From NCBI GenBank assembly GCA_965113315.1, contig OZ220365.1: a stretch of 64,000 nucleotides of DNA; one strand, written 5' to 3'. Origin of the DNA: Podarcis vaucheri (lineage: Eukaryota). Position 1 is the stretch's first letter; the number at the start of each line of letters is the position of its first letter. The notes under the pieces were generated by a model. That model saw nothing but the letters and a program-made list of their open reading frames with translations. It was not told the DNA's origin and searched no databases. Below are positions 1 through 13,143 of this stretch, in pieces. Position numbers and translations under genes: made by a program.

Positions 1-2534
1 TTAAGGGAAGCTGGGGACACTGCCACTTACAATGCTGGTGAGACCCCAGTCACCTGAATTTGCCCAGAGAAAATCATGGAAAATTTAAGATGGTGGATGG
101 CTAGAGTCCCTCTGGTGCTCTACTTTGTGGTGCTCTCAGCTGTCCTCTAAGCAAAAATATAAAAATGGAAACTCTTCTTGCCTGTGCTTGGTAAGTTGGG
201 GGGGCAGTGAATGATGGGAGCCAGGAGGGGCAGCACAGTGATAGGAGGGAGGCGATGCTGGGGAAGCTTATTGGGTGACCATGGGCTAGTCTTCCCTTGC
301 AATCAAACACACATCAAAGGGTTGTGAGCAGGACAAAACTGACGCATGAAAAGCATGAGCACTGTCCTGAGCTTCTGGAGGAATGTAATGAGATGTCTCT
401 AGGAAGTTGGGCACATGAGAATACCATTTTCCAGTTAGTCATCACTATTTGGAATTCAGAAACAAGATGCAGAGTTTGGCAGAACCAGGTATCTGGAGCA
501 GGGTTCCCTGATGGCCATTGGGCATCTGGGCTGTTTGTATGGGAGGAGACAGTTCTTCAGTGACCCAAGACTTTAGTAAGGGTGGGTAATCACGGGCCAC
601 ATTGAGCAATTACTAAACTTCCTTGGGATCCATGTCAAAGTAAACGTGTGTGTGGCTGATATTTAAGTTTTTTTGTTTTTTGTTTAAGTACAAATTTTGG
701 AGAATTTTAGGGGGCTAATAAAAATCCTCTGCTATTACTAAATCATAGTGTAGTATCTATGGGAGCAGTCAGGAAAAAAAATTAAAATATTAAAATGGAT
801 TGCGGGGTGGCTCAAATTTTGACATCACGGCATCACAGTGTAGGACCCATTTTGAGAGTCAATCTTTTTAAAACACTAAAAACATTGACTCTCAAAATGG
901 GTTCCACACATTTTGGAGGGATCTATTGGGGGGGGGGAGATATTGCTTATAGAGTGCCAGTTAGCTACCCCTGCTGTGCTCAGAAAATGTTAATACTAGT
1001 TTCAAAATGTTCTCAAGGTCAGTTCCACACACTGACCTTAATAGTCCAGTTTAGAACTACTTGTACACCTGTCACCAGATCATCTTTAGAAAAGACTGGG
1101 CAGCTGGTGAACCAACTAAAGTTGGAAGAAGTACTCTTGATCATAGATACCATCTGGTGATCAAATAACAGAGCCAGGGTCAGCCTGATTTTTACATTTT
1201 TCCTAATTCAGGACATATGCCAAGGTAGCTCTCATCTGCTAGGGAATGGCAGTTTTAGGCCAGGTTTTTCACTGACTTGAGTGGATCATATCTTTTCATT
1301 TTTTTCTATATTTTCTCTGCTTTAATCCTTGACACCTCCCACATTGTCTAGATATGTTTTTTGCCAGCATTGTACCTTCTCAAGATAGATGGGACCAGCT
1401 TTCTGCAAATACAACAGAGAAGTCTTAATTTTAAGAAGTAAATAGACTGCTACGTTGTCCCCTTGTAGCTGTTCCTCTTCAAAATTATCCTCCAATAGCA
1501 TTGTACTTGAAGAAAAAGTAGTGTTATCTGTAATAGTGGGAAATTCATTCACACCCAATATTGATTTGCACTGACTAGTTGATGCTACCCATTGTTAACC
1601 ACAGTGCTGATGCAATGCTTACAATACACATAAGACTGGTGGGAAGATCATAGGAGGAATGGGGAAACTGGGAGATGAAGGGATTGTGTAGCTCTAAGCT
1701 GGCTCCCAAGCCCTTAACTATGGCTAAGAGATTAGAAGTGATGTACTCTGGATTAAAACAGCTGTAATTCCTCCCTCTCCTTTTTTTTATTACATAGATT
1801 TTAAATGGTTTAGTTATTATTTTTTTTAGAACAGGGCATACTGTAACTATACTGCTTAAAATTTTGCAAAAATAGAGTGGCTGAATTTGGAGTGTGTGCT
1901 GTTTGAATACTAGGTGGACTAGCACTGTTCTCTGCCAGAGCTCAGGGACATTATTGTCAATATATACCCTTTTGCAGCCAGAAAAGCTTTTAGTGTTTCT
2001 AGGTTGAGCTAGTGCTCATCAATGAATGGTTGGTGTGTGGAAAAAAAAGGCCTGAGGAGGTGGGTTTATGAATGAATGGAAGAAAATAATACTCTGTACT
2101 ACGCAACATTTTTTTCTGTGCAGCTTTGTAGATAGAAAAATTATTCTGATTACTATAATATACACTGTTCTCAAACATAGTATAGTTCTTCAAGTTATGG
2201 TTCCTTGGGGTTCTTAATATACATGCATAGGATTGTGCTTTTTGGGTGTCAAAACGTATGCTTTATAATAAGCACTGAGGGTCTGAAGTAAAGCTGTGTA
2301 TTAGCAGTTGAGTTGTTGCTTACAAATAATATAATTCATGTTGGATGCCTTCATATGCCCCAACTGCAACAAAACATGTTACTCCTGCATCGGTCTCTAC
2401 AGCCACAGTAGGTGCTGCAACCTTCCAGCAGTTTGACTTCAACCCCAAAGGGACATTTCTCCATTGTCTCCTGAATCGGACAAATGCCAACCTCGTGTTG
2501 GCTGAGGAAATTTTATGGTGTCAGAGAATTAGTA

Positions 2535-2892
2535 AAGGTAAAGGTAAAGGGACCGCTGACCATTAGGTCCAGTCGTGGCCGACTCTGGGGTTGCGGCGCT
2601 CATCTCGCTTTATTGGCCGAGGGAGCCAGCGTACAGTTTCTGGGTCATGTGGCCAGCATGACTAAGCCGCTTCTGGCGAACCAGAGCAGCACACGGAAAC
2701 ACCGTTTACCTTCCCGCTGGAGCGGTACCTATTTATCTACTTGCACTTTGACGTGCTTTCGAATGCTAGGTTGGCAGGAGCAGGGACTGAATAACGGGAG
2801 CTCACCCCGTCGCGGGGATTTGAACCACCGACGACCTTCTGATCGGCAAGTCCTAGGCTCTGTGGTTTAACCCACAGCGCCACCCATGTCCC
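2535..2892 (-). mobile_element. Sauria SINE, near full length
   Basis: (AAAGGT)n tail (ACCTTT on minus), diagnostic body (ccgtttaccttccc, ggtacctatttatctacttgcac), tRNA-like head; TSD AGAATTAGTA at 2525-2534 and 2894-2903. Confidence 0.92.
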
Positions 2893-2971
2893 AAGAATTA
2901 GTAGCACATCCCAATTACCTTTCTGTCTGAAGGTAAGATGTCTTTAGATTCAGACACAACTACTAGCTGCA

Positions 2972-3273
2972 TGGCGCTGTGGTCTAAACCACTGAGCTTC
3001 TTGGGCTTACTGATCGGAGCAGTTTGAATCCACGCCATGGGGTGAGCTCCCATTGCTCTTTCCCGGCTTCTGCTAACTTAGCAGTTTGAAAGTATATCAG
3101 TGCAAGTAGATAAATAGGTACCGCTGTGGCGGGAAGGTAAACAGCGTTTCTGTGCGCTCTGGTTTCCATCACGGTGTTCCATTGCGCCGGAAGCAGTTTA
3201 GTTATGCTGGCCACATGACCCAGATAGCTGTCTGCAGACAAAAGCCGGCTCCCTCGGTCTGAAGCGAGATGGG
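2972..3273 (+). mobile_element. Sauria SINE, older and 3'-truncated, opposite orientation to 2535-2892
   Basis: tggcgctgtggtctaaacc head; gtgcaagtagataaataggtacc; gggaaggtaaac; gctggccacatgacc. Confidence 0.88.
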
Positions 3274-5964
3274 TGCTGATTTACTGGGCTTCTGATGTCA
3301 TTGTGACAATTGGAGGAAATTAATTGTTTAAGGTCCTAGTGCTGCTGTATTTACACTGTGTACTGATTTAATTTTTTTGATTATTTTAATATTTTATCAT
3401 GTTTAAATTGCTTTTATGGTTGGTGTCTTAATTAGTATTTTGTAAATAGCCACGGGATCCTGCATGAAGGGTGGTTTAAAAGTTGAACAAACTAAGAAAT
3501 ATGGACTGTATTATCTTATGGAGACTGGACTTGCTGGATGGATACATATCATGATGCTTGTGCTAGATATGCTACTATGTGCTGCCAAATATGTTAAGTG
3601 ACCTATCTTGTTTGTCTTCAACAGTAGCTGTTAAATTGAGAAGTGTACAATGTTACACACTGTATTCATTAAACAAAGCAATGGAGTCAAAAGTAATCGT
3701 ACCTCAAATTTGCCAGAGGCTGTGTTTATATAAAATAGCTACTATGAGAACAGAATTTGATGTGCTGTATATTATGAAAGGACTTTGCTTGCAAAAATAA
3801 CTGTTTCCCATGAAAATTAACAGGAGAAATAGCAGTAGTAGAAAGTAGTTTGATGCAATCAAATAAATTATTAAACAGTTGTAACTATGTTAATGTAGCT
3901 TGATTGCAGTATGCACACAATCTTATTTTAGAATTTGTTTTAAGACTGTAAATGTTCTACTTAAAATATTGATGTTTTGAAGCTGGCTTCCTAAATCCTG
4001 TTTGGCATTGTTCTGTTTGCATAGAACGGTCAAAAGTTTATCCATTTATGAACAGAAACATTTTACTAAATTATGTAGATCAAAGACATATTGGGACCTA
4101 CTGGTAGATCTCTCAATGATTTGCAGTAGGCTCGTAGATTTTGCTGTTTGACAAAAGCAACAGCTAAAATCGCTTCATTTCAGAACCAGTTTCTATTGGC
4201 CATAGTGCCAGTGGTGCCAAAGTTTGATTTTATTTATTTATTTCTTTGCATGCAGTTATTTGAACTTCACATGATGAAGTGCATCAAGTAGTTATGTAGA
4301 GTTTTAAGTCTGACCTACTGCTGTTATATAACGTCTTAAAATGCCTTTAGAATATGATACTCAGGATATCTTCTGTGAATGCTGAAAAGTGTAAGAGGGG
4401 TAATTTATGGTCACCGAACAGCTATCTAACAAAACAGGTCTTTTCTCATCCAAATTCTGTAACTGAAAGCCAAGAAATAATTCATCTTGGTAGCATTTTT
4501 TATGTTTTCCATCTTGTGTAGCGTTCCCATCTACCAAGTTTTATTGGGTTTGAGGTGAGTACTATCTTTCTCTTCTTCCTCATGCCAGGGGAACCTTAAA
4601 GTACTCTCCTGCTGGTCCCCTGAGAGCTATAAGAGGATGGTGCATTAGAAATGGGCAAGGATCTCATTACTGATAAGGGATTGCACAGGTGTGCTTTCTC
4701 AGTCTTGCCTTAACTTCTTATGCTGTGCCTAATGAGCCCTCTATCCACAGCTTTATCCCACCCCCACCCCCTGAAAACTGTCTTCCCACCAGTCTCATGG
4801 AAGGGGGAGTAAATACTATGTTAAGAGAATAAAAAAGAGTTTCACTGCTCACATTTGGATTTCAGTGGAATGCTAGGCATAGTCTCTCCAAACGAATAAC
4901 AATATTTTGTTGAACTACACACATATAAAGTACACATTCTGCTACTTTAATTAAAATGTCTATGTTTCAGTTGATGTAGTTCTGGTGTAGAAAAAGAGAG
5001 AAGCTGTATTGTGAATAATTTTAACAGCTTTAATTGTTGTTTGAATACTTATCTTGTCTAAATAATGCAAATGATATAAAAAGCTGGCTTAGTACTTCCT
5101 CTTCATACAGCACAAATGAGAATTACATTGGAGGCTTTCTATGCAGGGTGCTGTTCTAATTAAACTTTTATGACAAAAGGCATTTAAAAGATGACTGCAT
5201 GACCATATTTTATGCACGTCTGAACAACTGAAGCATATTGAAGCTGACATAAGTTTTTAATGGTTTTGTACAGTTTGCTTAGATGAAATAGATGTGTGCA
5301 CTTGCTACCATAGGAGGAATTAAACTTTCAAATACCACATGACCTATGATTTATTAGTGAACTCATGATATTTCTAAAATGTAGGAAAGTGTTCTTTTGA
5401 ACCATGAACAATATTTACTTAAATCAGTTGCATATTGTCCATCTTGTCTATCTGTTTCAAAGAAACACTCCAAAATTATATTAATAACAAAGATTAATGC
5501 TATGGGGGTAGGGGACAGCCTGCAGCAGTGCCAGGGTGTGGTCAGAAGGCATGTGAAGGCTTCCTAAGCAGGTCTGGTCAGTGCCTAGATGAATGACAGT
5601 CTGTGTTCCATGTATATGCTGCCTTGGGTTCCCTAATAGAAGAAAGATGAGATATAAATGTAAATAAATAAACCACCACTTTGCTACATCCTGCTGGACT
5701 TTTGCTTGCTAGGCCGGAATGTGGTGGGATGCATTTCCCCTCTTCATTGTTCACTTTGCCCCCTCCCATTTGCTTAAAGGGAGGGAAGAGAACTACACCA
5801 GCTCCCAGAAAAGCATAAGTTTTTCCTCGTGTTGGGGAAATCAAAAGGCACTGGATCCTTGCAATAACCCTAAGACTTCCCATTTATTTTTCCACCTCTG
5901 TCAGAGCACTAACAATGGCACTTTCCACCACCACACTGAGGAGGCATCTTGTGGTGGACCTCAC

Positions 5965-6315
5965 AGGAAGCTGATTTACACTGAGCCAGACCACTGGCCC
6001 ATCTAGCTCAGTATAGTCTACACCGGGGTGGCCAACTCCCAAGAGACTGCGATCTAGTCACAGAGTTAAAAGCTGGCAGTGATCTACCCCCTTTTGGGGG
6101 TTCAGGTCAAAGTTATTGAGCTTTTTTAAGGAAGGAAAGTCCTGTTTTGGGGGGGTGCAGGAAGCTTCTTTTAGGGGAACCAAAGTTGTTGATCTTCTTT
6201 TGGGGGGGGGCAGTGATCTACCACAGATGCCCAGTGATCTACTGGTAGATCATGATCTACCCGTTGGATGTGCCTGGTCTACACCAACCGGTAGCAGCTG
6301 GTCAAGATTTCAGGC
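5965..6315 (-). mobile_element. Degenerate CR1-tail/Squam3-like SINE remnant interrupted by a hAT MITE
   Basis: ggaagctg...ctgagccagaccactggcccatctagctcagtatagtctacac resumes after the insert as caaccggtagcagctgg; similar sequence in opposite orientation at about 31925-32020. Family assignment is from memory. Confidence 0.5.
6024..6276. mobile_element. Non-autonomous hAT-type MITE
   Basis: 8-bp TSD GTCTACAC at 6016-6023 and 6277-6284; imperfect termini cggggtggccaac / gttggatgtgcctg; repeated GATCTAC subterminal motifs. Confidence 0.8.
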
Positions 6316-6921
6316 CTCCCTCTCAACTGGCAGGAAGAGAAGTCTGCAACATCAGTGGCTACTTGGGAGTTAGTCTGAACAGAGTGGGATTTAGTTTTGA
6401 GTAAATATTTTTATTTCATTAGTTTTATAATAAAATAAAACCACAGCCTAAAAACTTCCCAGACCCCTCCACTATACCAAGAGTATACTAGCACTTCTGA
6501 GTAAATATTAATAGAATTGGACAGGAATGTTTTATTAGACATCACTGTGCAAACTAGTAAACAATCAGATCTGATCAGTAAAGTCTTGCTTATTCATAAT
6601 CTGAGCAAAGAAGATAGAGGTTCATTCATGGACATCACGTTATGGATGAGCCTGATAGAATGCTCAATAACAACTGGGTTTTTACTCCTTTTGAGAATTT
6701 ACTACTCCTTAAGCCCAGTAGTAAAGTAAAGTATATAAAATGGAAAATTGTTTGTATTTTATTTCAATTTCATTTTAAATCAGGCTTTTTGTGAAAGGAG
6801 CTTATTATAATTTCATTTTTTTATTTTTTGGTTAAAAGTTTTTTAAAGTTGTTTTTTAAGCTACCCTTGGGCAGGAGGCAGTTAGTAAAGGCCTCCCATA
6901 ATATCAGCCACAAGTTAGGAA

Positions 6922-6922
<1 letters not shown>

Positions 6923-6959
<37 letters not shown>
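6923..6959 (+). repeat. (TG)n microsatellite
   Basis: Direct reading. Confidence 0.95.
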
Positions 6960-6960
<1 letters not shown>

Positions 6961-8805
6961 GTACCTGAATATATATTTCCCCATAATCTTGCTTATTCTC
7001 TGATGTATTTGTTGATATACGTTAACTACATATTGTTCCTTGTGTTTCAGCAGATGAGATGCTGCATTGAAAGATCTAGCTAAAACTGTAAATACTGGGA
7101 TCTAAATTGAGCAGTTCAGTCCTGTATGAATGTGCTTTGATTCCTTTTGAAACAAACAAACAATGTATTTATTGTGCTTGGTAGTTGCACTGCATACCTT
7201 TCCCCCCTTGTCCTTTGTATTTGTACAGTATAGCTCACAACTACTGTGTAGTGCATAGCTCACAGAGCATAGCAGGCTTGTTCAGTTTTGAGCTTTCTAT
7301 CTCTGGCTGCTAGGCACAATAACTTCAGTGTCGCAAGAGCCTACACATAGGCAGTTGATGGAGTTCCTTTGGAATTGCAGTGGCGTCTAGTGAAATCTGC
7401 AGGATAAGCAATTGCAAAAATGCCTTTCAACTGCCAGGTCTCAAAAATGTCATATTATGGCTGCTTTACCAAATGCCATAAATAGCAGAGTAAGGACGTG
7501 GGACTTGCTTGAAGTATAAGGCAGCATGCTGATCCTCTCCAATTGTGCCAAAGAGAAATTACAGTTTTTCAAAGAATTTCCAAATATCAGTGTGATGAGC
7601 CTCAGGGGCTTTTGGGTCCTTTGCTAACAACTTGCAATTTAAGTGAGCCCCAGTCTCTACCGCCAGGCAATGACTCCTGAGGAGACCATGTGTGGGCATT
7701 TACCTTCAGGCTCCACCTGTGCTAGAAGGAACAGGATGGAGCACTAATTCATCTGCATGATGGGAGAGAGGAGTACAGCAGAATGGCCTCAGCTGAACCA
7801 AGTGTAGTCAGTGGCAGATTGATAGGTCTGCACAGTATGCACAGAATTAGGGCCCCATGTGATAGAGCCCCCCCCCAATTATTAGCATATATTGTTATCT
7901 GAGAAGATCCTTTTGAAACATGACTACAAACAATGGATTGCCATTGCTGATGTTGATGTTGATGATGATTAGCTGTTGCTGTTTTTGCTTTTCATTCCTC
8001 CTACTTCCTGATTAAAGTCAGCGGAGGCTGGTCCTTTAGACCATCCAGTGCTTATCCCTACCAAGTAAAATGCAAAAATTTCCTTAGAAATCTCAAAGCC
8101 ATACATCCTTCCACAATCCATTTGAGACACTTGGGGAGACTGATCTGTCAATCTTCCATTCTCTGGCCAGCTCTCTGCACCACACAGCCAATCTCAGTCC
8201 AAAAGTATTGCTATGGCCAGGAGGTCCTACCCATCTGTCTCCATACCGAAAAACATTGTGATAGTAAATTTGTATGTTAATGGAACTTCCAGCACTTTTA
8301 GCCCTGGTTGTACAGTTTCCCCTTTTATGTTGGCAATCCAGCCACATTTGCAGGTCTGCTGTTCTGAATGACCCAGAAGCCAGTACATCTGTTCTGAGCA
8401 TGCTCAGAGCTGTTTGCTTTAAGGCCACACCTACGCAGAAGCAAAGCTTAGGGCCCAAAGTCCCTGATCAGCTTTGTTGTTTAATTCTAACCCCCTCCCC
8501 CACCCACTATTTATGTGAGTGAGCTACACTGGACACATTGTGAGTCTCTTGTTTGTAAAAAAAGGGGGGTGTTGTTTCTTTATTTTATACTAGTTTTTAA
8601 ATTGATGGGGAAGATAGGGATGGCAAAAAAATGGGGAGCACATTTCCTGTAACAGTTCACCCTCATTAAAAGCTGATGGGATTAAGAAAATAACATAATT
8701 ATGCTAAGGGTTGAGGGAAGGGGAGCAGAAAGAAGGAAAAGAAGAAAAAAGGCATTATTTCTTTCATTTTCTTTCTTGACATGCTGGACCATGGTGCTCT
8801 GATGG

Positions 8806-8873
8806 TGTTTCCTGCTTGGCAGGGGGTTGGACTCGATGGCCCTTGTGGTCTCTTCCAACTCTATGATTCTATG
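8806..8873 (+). mobile_element. CR1 LINE 3' terminal fragment
   Basis: ggcagggggttggactcgatggccc...ttccaactctatgattctatg: CR1 3' end with ATTCTATG repeat. Confidence 0.85.
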
Positions 8874-9699
8874 TATTTCCTTTGGGCCAGAAATGGTTGT
8901 TGTGTGCCTTGCAACTTCTTTAGTAAACCTGGAGTGGAACTGCCCTAGGTTCTGGTGAAGTGGAATGCATAAAGCACTCTTTGGACCTTAACATTACTAT
9001 GTATTGGTGCTGGAGTCACTTGTCCCCATCCCCTGGGCCTGGCATTTTGGTAAAAGACTAACAGTGATTCCAAGTATTATGTGGCTGACTAGCAAAGACT
9101 GGTTGCATTCAGTGCTAGTCCTACTCAGGGTAGACCCACTAAAATTAATGGAATGAAATTTGTCATGTTAATTTATTTCAATGGGTCTCCTCTGAGTAGG
9201 ACTAGTAATGGACACAACCCAATGAATTTATATTCCAGATTGACATTTCTGTTGTGGAACCATCTTACTAAATTCAAACAGATTCCTCTTTCAAAACCTA
9301 TATGTTCTTGAATTAAAGGATGCAAATCTTAAATTACATTGCTTACTCTTTGATATTTTTGTGTGACACAATGCTATTATTGGAAGACTTCAAGCTTACT
9401 ATTAGGAATTGTATGTAGCTTATTGTTCTGTTTAAGAGTATATTTCAATTACTTAAATACCTGGGGGACCCCATCTCTTAACAGGGGTTTCCTATTTACC
9501 AATTGCAGGTTTCAAGTACAGCTGTTGAGTTCTTTCTTCTAATAGATAAAGGAAACTAAGGAGGAACTAATATTGAACATTTTTTCTTTGTTAGTATGTT
9601 GAAGTGAGACACCTTAAAAAGTTTTAACATTTTTATAGTTTGAAATAAATGGTTTAATAGTCTATCCTCTTACTTGACAATAGTGTTCTTTCTCCTTAG

Positions 9700-9804
9700 A
9701 AAAAGGCTAAAGGCCATGTGCTATTTGATAAGGTGTGTGGACAGCTTAACTTATTGGAAAAGGACTACTTTGGTTTACTGTTTCAAGACCATGCTGATCA
9801 GAAG
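9700..9804 (+). CDS. EPB41L2: EPB41L2 exon, FERM N-lobe ([35 protein letters not shown]), 105 nt, phase 0-0
   Basis: Acceptor ttctttctccttag; donor AAG/GCAAGT (GC donor); FERM motif LEKDYFGL. Confidence 0.93.
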
Positions 9805-12009
9805 GCAAGTACTAAATTTTGCATTAATAACATTTGTTTAATGTTTTCAATCTTTTCCATCCTACTTCAGAGCCTCAAACTTCAGAGAGCTCTTATGACT
9901 AGCATGTTTGGTCCTAGTTGGTGGTAAACGTTTAACAAGTAACATATTTCAAATTGAGGAAGAATATCAGTGCCAGTAGCATTGGCTCCATTCCCTAGGT
10001 TCATTCAGATAATTCTCCTGAAGGATTTGAAATGAGCAGTGGGGAACCTCAGATTTATGTGCAGTCATTCTCTTCTTCATTGTCCTTCCATGTGAGGGGA
10101 AGAAGATTAGAAGCTACTTAGCAAATCTCCCCTTGAATGTGAAGGAGGCGAGAAAGATATGAGGGAACACTCATGCCTGAGGCTTGCTGTCATGGTTAGG
10201 GTTATTCTCTATGGCCAATCTCACTGTCATGAAATTCAGCACACAAGCCATGCTCACTCTTGTCCTTCCTGCTCTTCTGTTCCTAGTGGACAAATATGCA
10301 TGTAAAACAATTTTCTCAACAATGCCTAAAAGTTACAAAACCTAGGAAAAATTACAGCAATGCCAGGTAAAACATCAACAGCAAGGAGATGGCTCCATCA
10401 TGATAACCCAAAAATACAACACCCGTTGGTGTTTTCCCCATGGTAGCCTACAACACTGCAGCAAGGCTTGATTTAAAGCTATGAGGAGTTCTCTTGCATT
10501 TGGCATTTCAGCTCAAACATTCATCACCCCGCTTTATTGTTTTCCTATTTACTAAGGAGAGAAACAGAGCAATAATTTTTGCATTGGGGACTGATAAGGA
10601 TCATCTGTTGACAAGACCCTTCTGAGGAGGGTCTGCATTTACATGAAAGACAAAAAGAAAGAGATAGGAAAGAGCAAAGCCATACCAAGCTCATGGAATA
10701 TGACATCAAATCAAGAAGAATTCTGCTAACCAGGGTGTTGGCATGAGAACTCCAGGATATTTTATGTAGCTGTTTATCAGCAGCTAGGCTCTGAGGCAAA
10801 ATGTCAATAATTGAACTGTAATTTTGACATTCTGCTGAAGACATTCTACAACAGTTTTTAAAAAGCTATTTTATCTTTCTCGTCTGGACCAGATGAGAAA
10901 ATGTTGTCAAAATTGAGAAATTATCTGCACCAAAGAAAATGATAAATATATAAAATGACAGCTTGTAATGATGACACAAGTGGACACAGAAATCATATTT
11001 GTTTATATTGTTTCTTCTTACCTTGCCATGTTGTTTTTTGAATTTTATAATAAGGAATACACATTACTGAAGCCTCTCACAGATTTTATCAACTGAGTTT
11101 TGCTACTATTACCTCTGCCGTCCCTCAAATTTAAAAAGCTTAAGATGGAATAGTTCTCATCTTGACACCCACGTAACCTAATTCATTTTTTCCTACTGTG
11201 GCCATTGCCTCCTCAGATTAAAATGCCACAAAAATCTCTGACCTACAGCCCAGTAAATGCTAAATGCTGAATGATGTGTGTTTTCTTATTCTTGTACACT
11301 CATCATAGCCACCCATTTATGAGCCAGCTGTTGCACTAGACTGCAGCTGCAGAATGTAGAAACTGAATGCCAGGCTCTTTCTTCTCAGAAGAGAATTAGA
11401 TGTGGTCCCTAATGAAGCTCCAAGGTACTTTGGAAAGGAGATTAGGTAGTTAACTGTGGCATAAGTCTACACAATTTTTGACAACTTAATGATATTTACA
11501 GACAGCACAAAAATATTTTGTTGAAAAGTTTATGCTATCATAAATGCACAAGTGATTTATTTGCACCATTCTACTCTGATTGAATTCTACTCTGATGAAT
11601 TGTGGCAAGTAGTGCTTATCTGATACCAATATTAAAGCGTCTAAATATTTGTGGGGAAGCACCTTACATATCCTTATAGACAGTTTAGTGCTCTCTGTTT
11701 TGAAACATCAGACCATAGATTTTGTGAACAAAATCACACTGAGGGTAAGATGTAGAATATGTTCAGCTTTCTGATTAGATTACTTCTTTCTTTCTATTTT
11801 TGTATCATTTACAACTGCTGTATAATGAAGAGACAGTCTGTCTCTTGTGTAGAATAAGACAAAGGTATTTTGCATATCCAGTAGCCTTTTCTTGAGTGGT
11901 AGGCAAATATATAGTGAGAGATATTGCAATCCATGCTGATCTTCGCCTTCTTTAAATGCAGGTGAATGAGATAGTTGGCCTGGGATAGTTTTTCAAAAAC
12001 ATTTATTAT

Positions 12010-12031
12010 ATTGTTGTTGTTGTTGTTGTTA
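12010..12031 (+). repeat. (TTG)n microsatellite
   Basis: Direct reading. Confidence 0.9.
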
Positions 12032-12291
12032 TTATCATCTATTTTTACTAAAGTTGTCATCTTCCTGTAAGGTGCAAATCTATGCAAAGAGAAGGAAGAA
12101 AATCACTATAGCTTGATATCTGAAGTAGATTTGCTGTCAAACAAACTGCAGGCTGATTTTGAAAGAATAGCAATAACTTACAGTTTCACAGAGCTGTATA
12201 TAAAATGTGTCTTTAAGTATCCCGTGCTTTTCTTTCAATTGCATCCATCTTGTGCAATTCCTTATTATTCCTTTTTTCTTTTCTTTTTTAG

Positions 12292-12334
12292 AATTGGCTT
12301 GATCCTTCAAAGGAAATAAAGAGGCAAATTCGCA
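12292..12334 (+). CDS. EPB41L2: EPB41L2 exon, FERM (NWLDPSKEIKRQIR), 43 nt
   Basis: Long polypyrimidine tract then tag; donor gtaagt; WLD motif; phase fits both neighbours. Confidence 0.95.
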
Positions 12335-13101
12335 GTAAGTATTAAGCAGGTTTTAAAATTATTTCACAACTGAGCAGTACATTTCTGTTGGTTCCTGAGT
12401 TTCATTTAGTTAGTCTTTCAGAAACTAATTGCAGTGCATTTGTCTGCATCAGACTGAAGCCCAAGAAGGTTGGACACCTGTCAACTGCAAGACAGCACTA
12501 TCTCTTTAGTGTCTAAGACTATGTATTTCCACTTCAGAAATTTTCTCACACACTGCTGTTTTTAAGAGTAACCTTTGCCACCAAGCAGTGTGCAACTTTT
12601 ATTCATTTTAAGCACCACCACCCCATTTTTCTGCTGGAAAGGCTTCCCAAAATGCACTTAGATTTCTTCCCTCACAAAACTTGCAATTTAAAATACCCAA
12701 CACAAAAAGTAAAAGGATAGGATGGGAGGAGGAAAATGACAAACCTGGACAGTAGTTTTAAAGTTTCTAAGTTATTATAACAGCCAGCTGGGATGGAAAC
12801 AGTTCAGAGAGATGGGAAACCAAAGACAGCTAGTTTTTTGAGCATAGCAGATCGAGTAGCCTTGGTTCCCTTCTTTGGCATATGCTTGTTCATTTTGTTT
12901 GACCTTAGTATCAGTAGCAAGAGATTTTGAACAGTGTCAGGTATGGTAAAACACATCTCTTTGTACATTTGTATGGCCAAACATTATATAATCATTACAG
13001 GAAGGATCATTACAGGAAGGTTTTCATGGCCCTGAAAGGGCATGTTATTGTATAACACTCTTGATAGATAGGTAATCCTCTTCTCTATACTCTATTAAAT
13101 G

Positions 13102-13103
<2 letters not shown>

Positions 13104-13141
<38 letters not shown>
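13104..13141 (+). repeat. (CT)n microsatellite
   Basis: Direct reading. Confidence 0.95.

Positions 13142-13143
<2 letters not shown>

Noticed and set aside
2780-2892. tRNA-like A/B-box sequence
   Set aside because: It is the tRNA-derived head of a Sauria SINE, not a tRNA gene.
7051-7087. NAGNAG acceptor followed by ATG and a possible donor
   Set aside because: In-frame stops follow both ATGs; no similarity to 4.1 proteins.
1-9699. Search for the preceding FERM exon (…CKVTLLDG…) or the U1 exons
   Set aside because: No matching translation or splice-bounded ORF found; treated as intron, with those exons upstream of the window.
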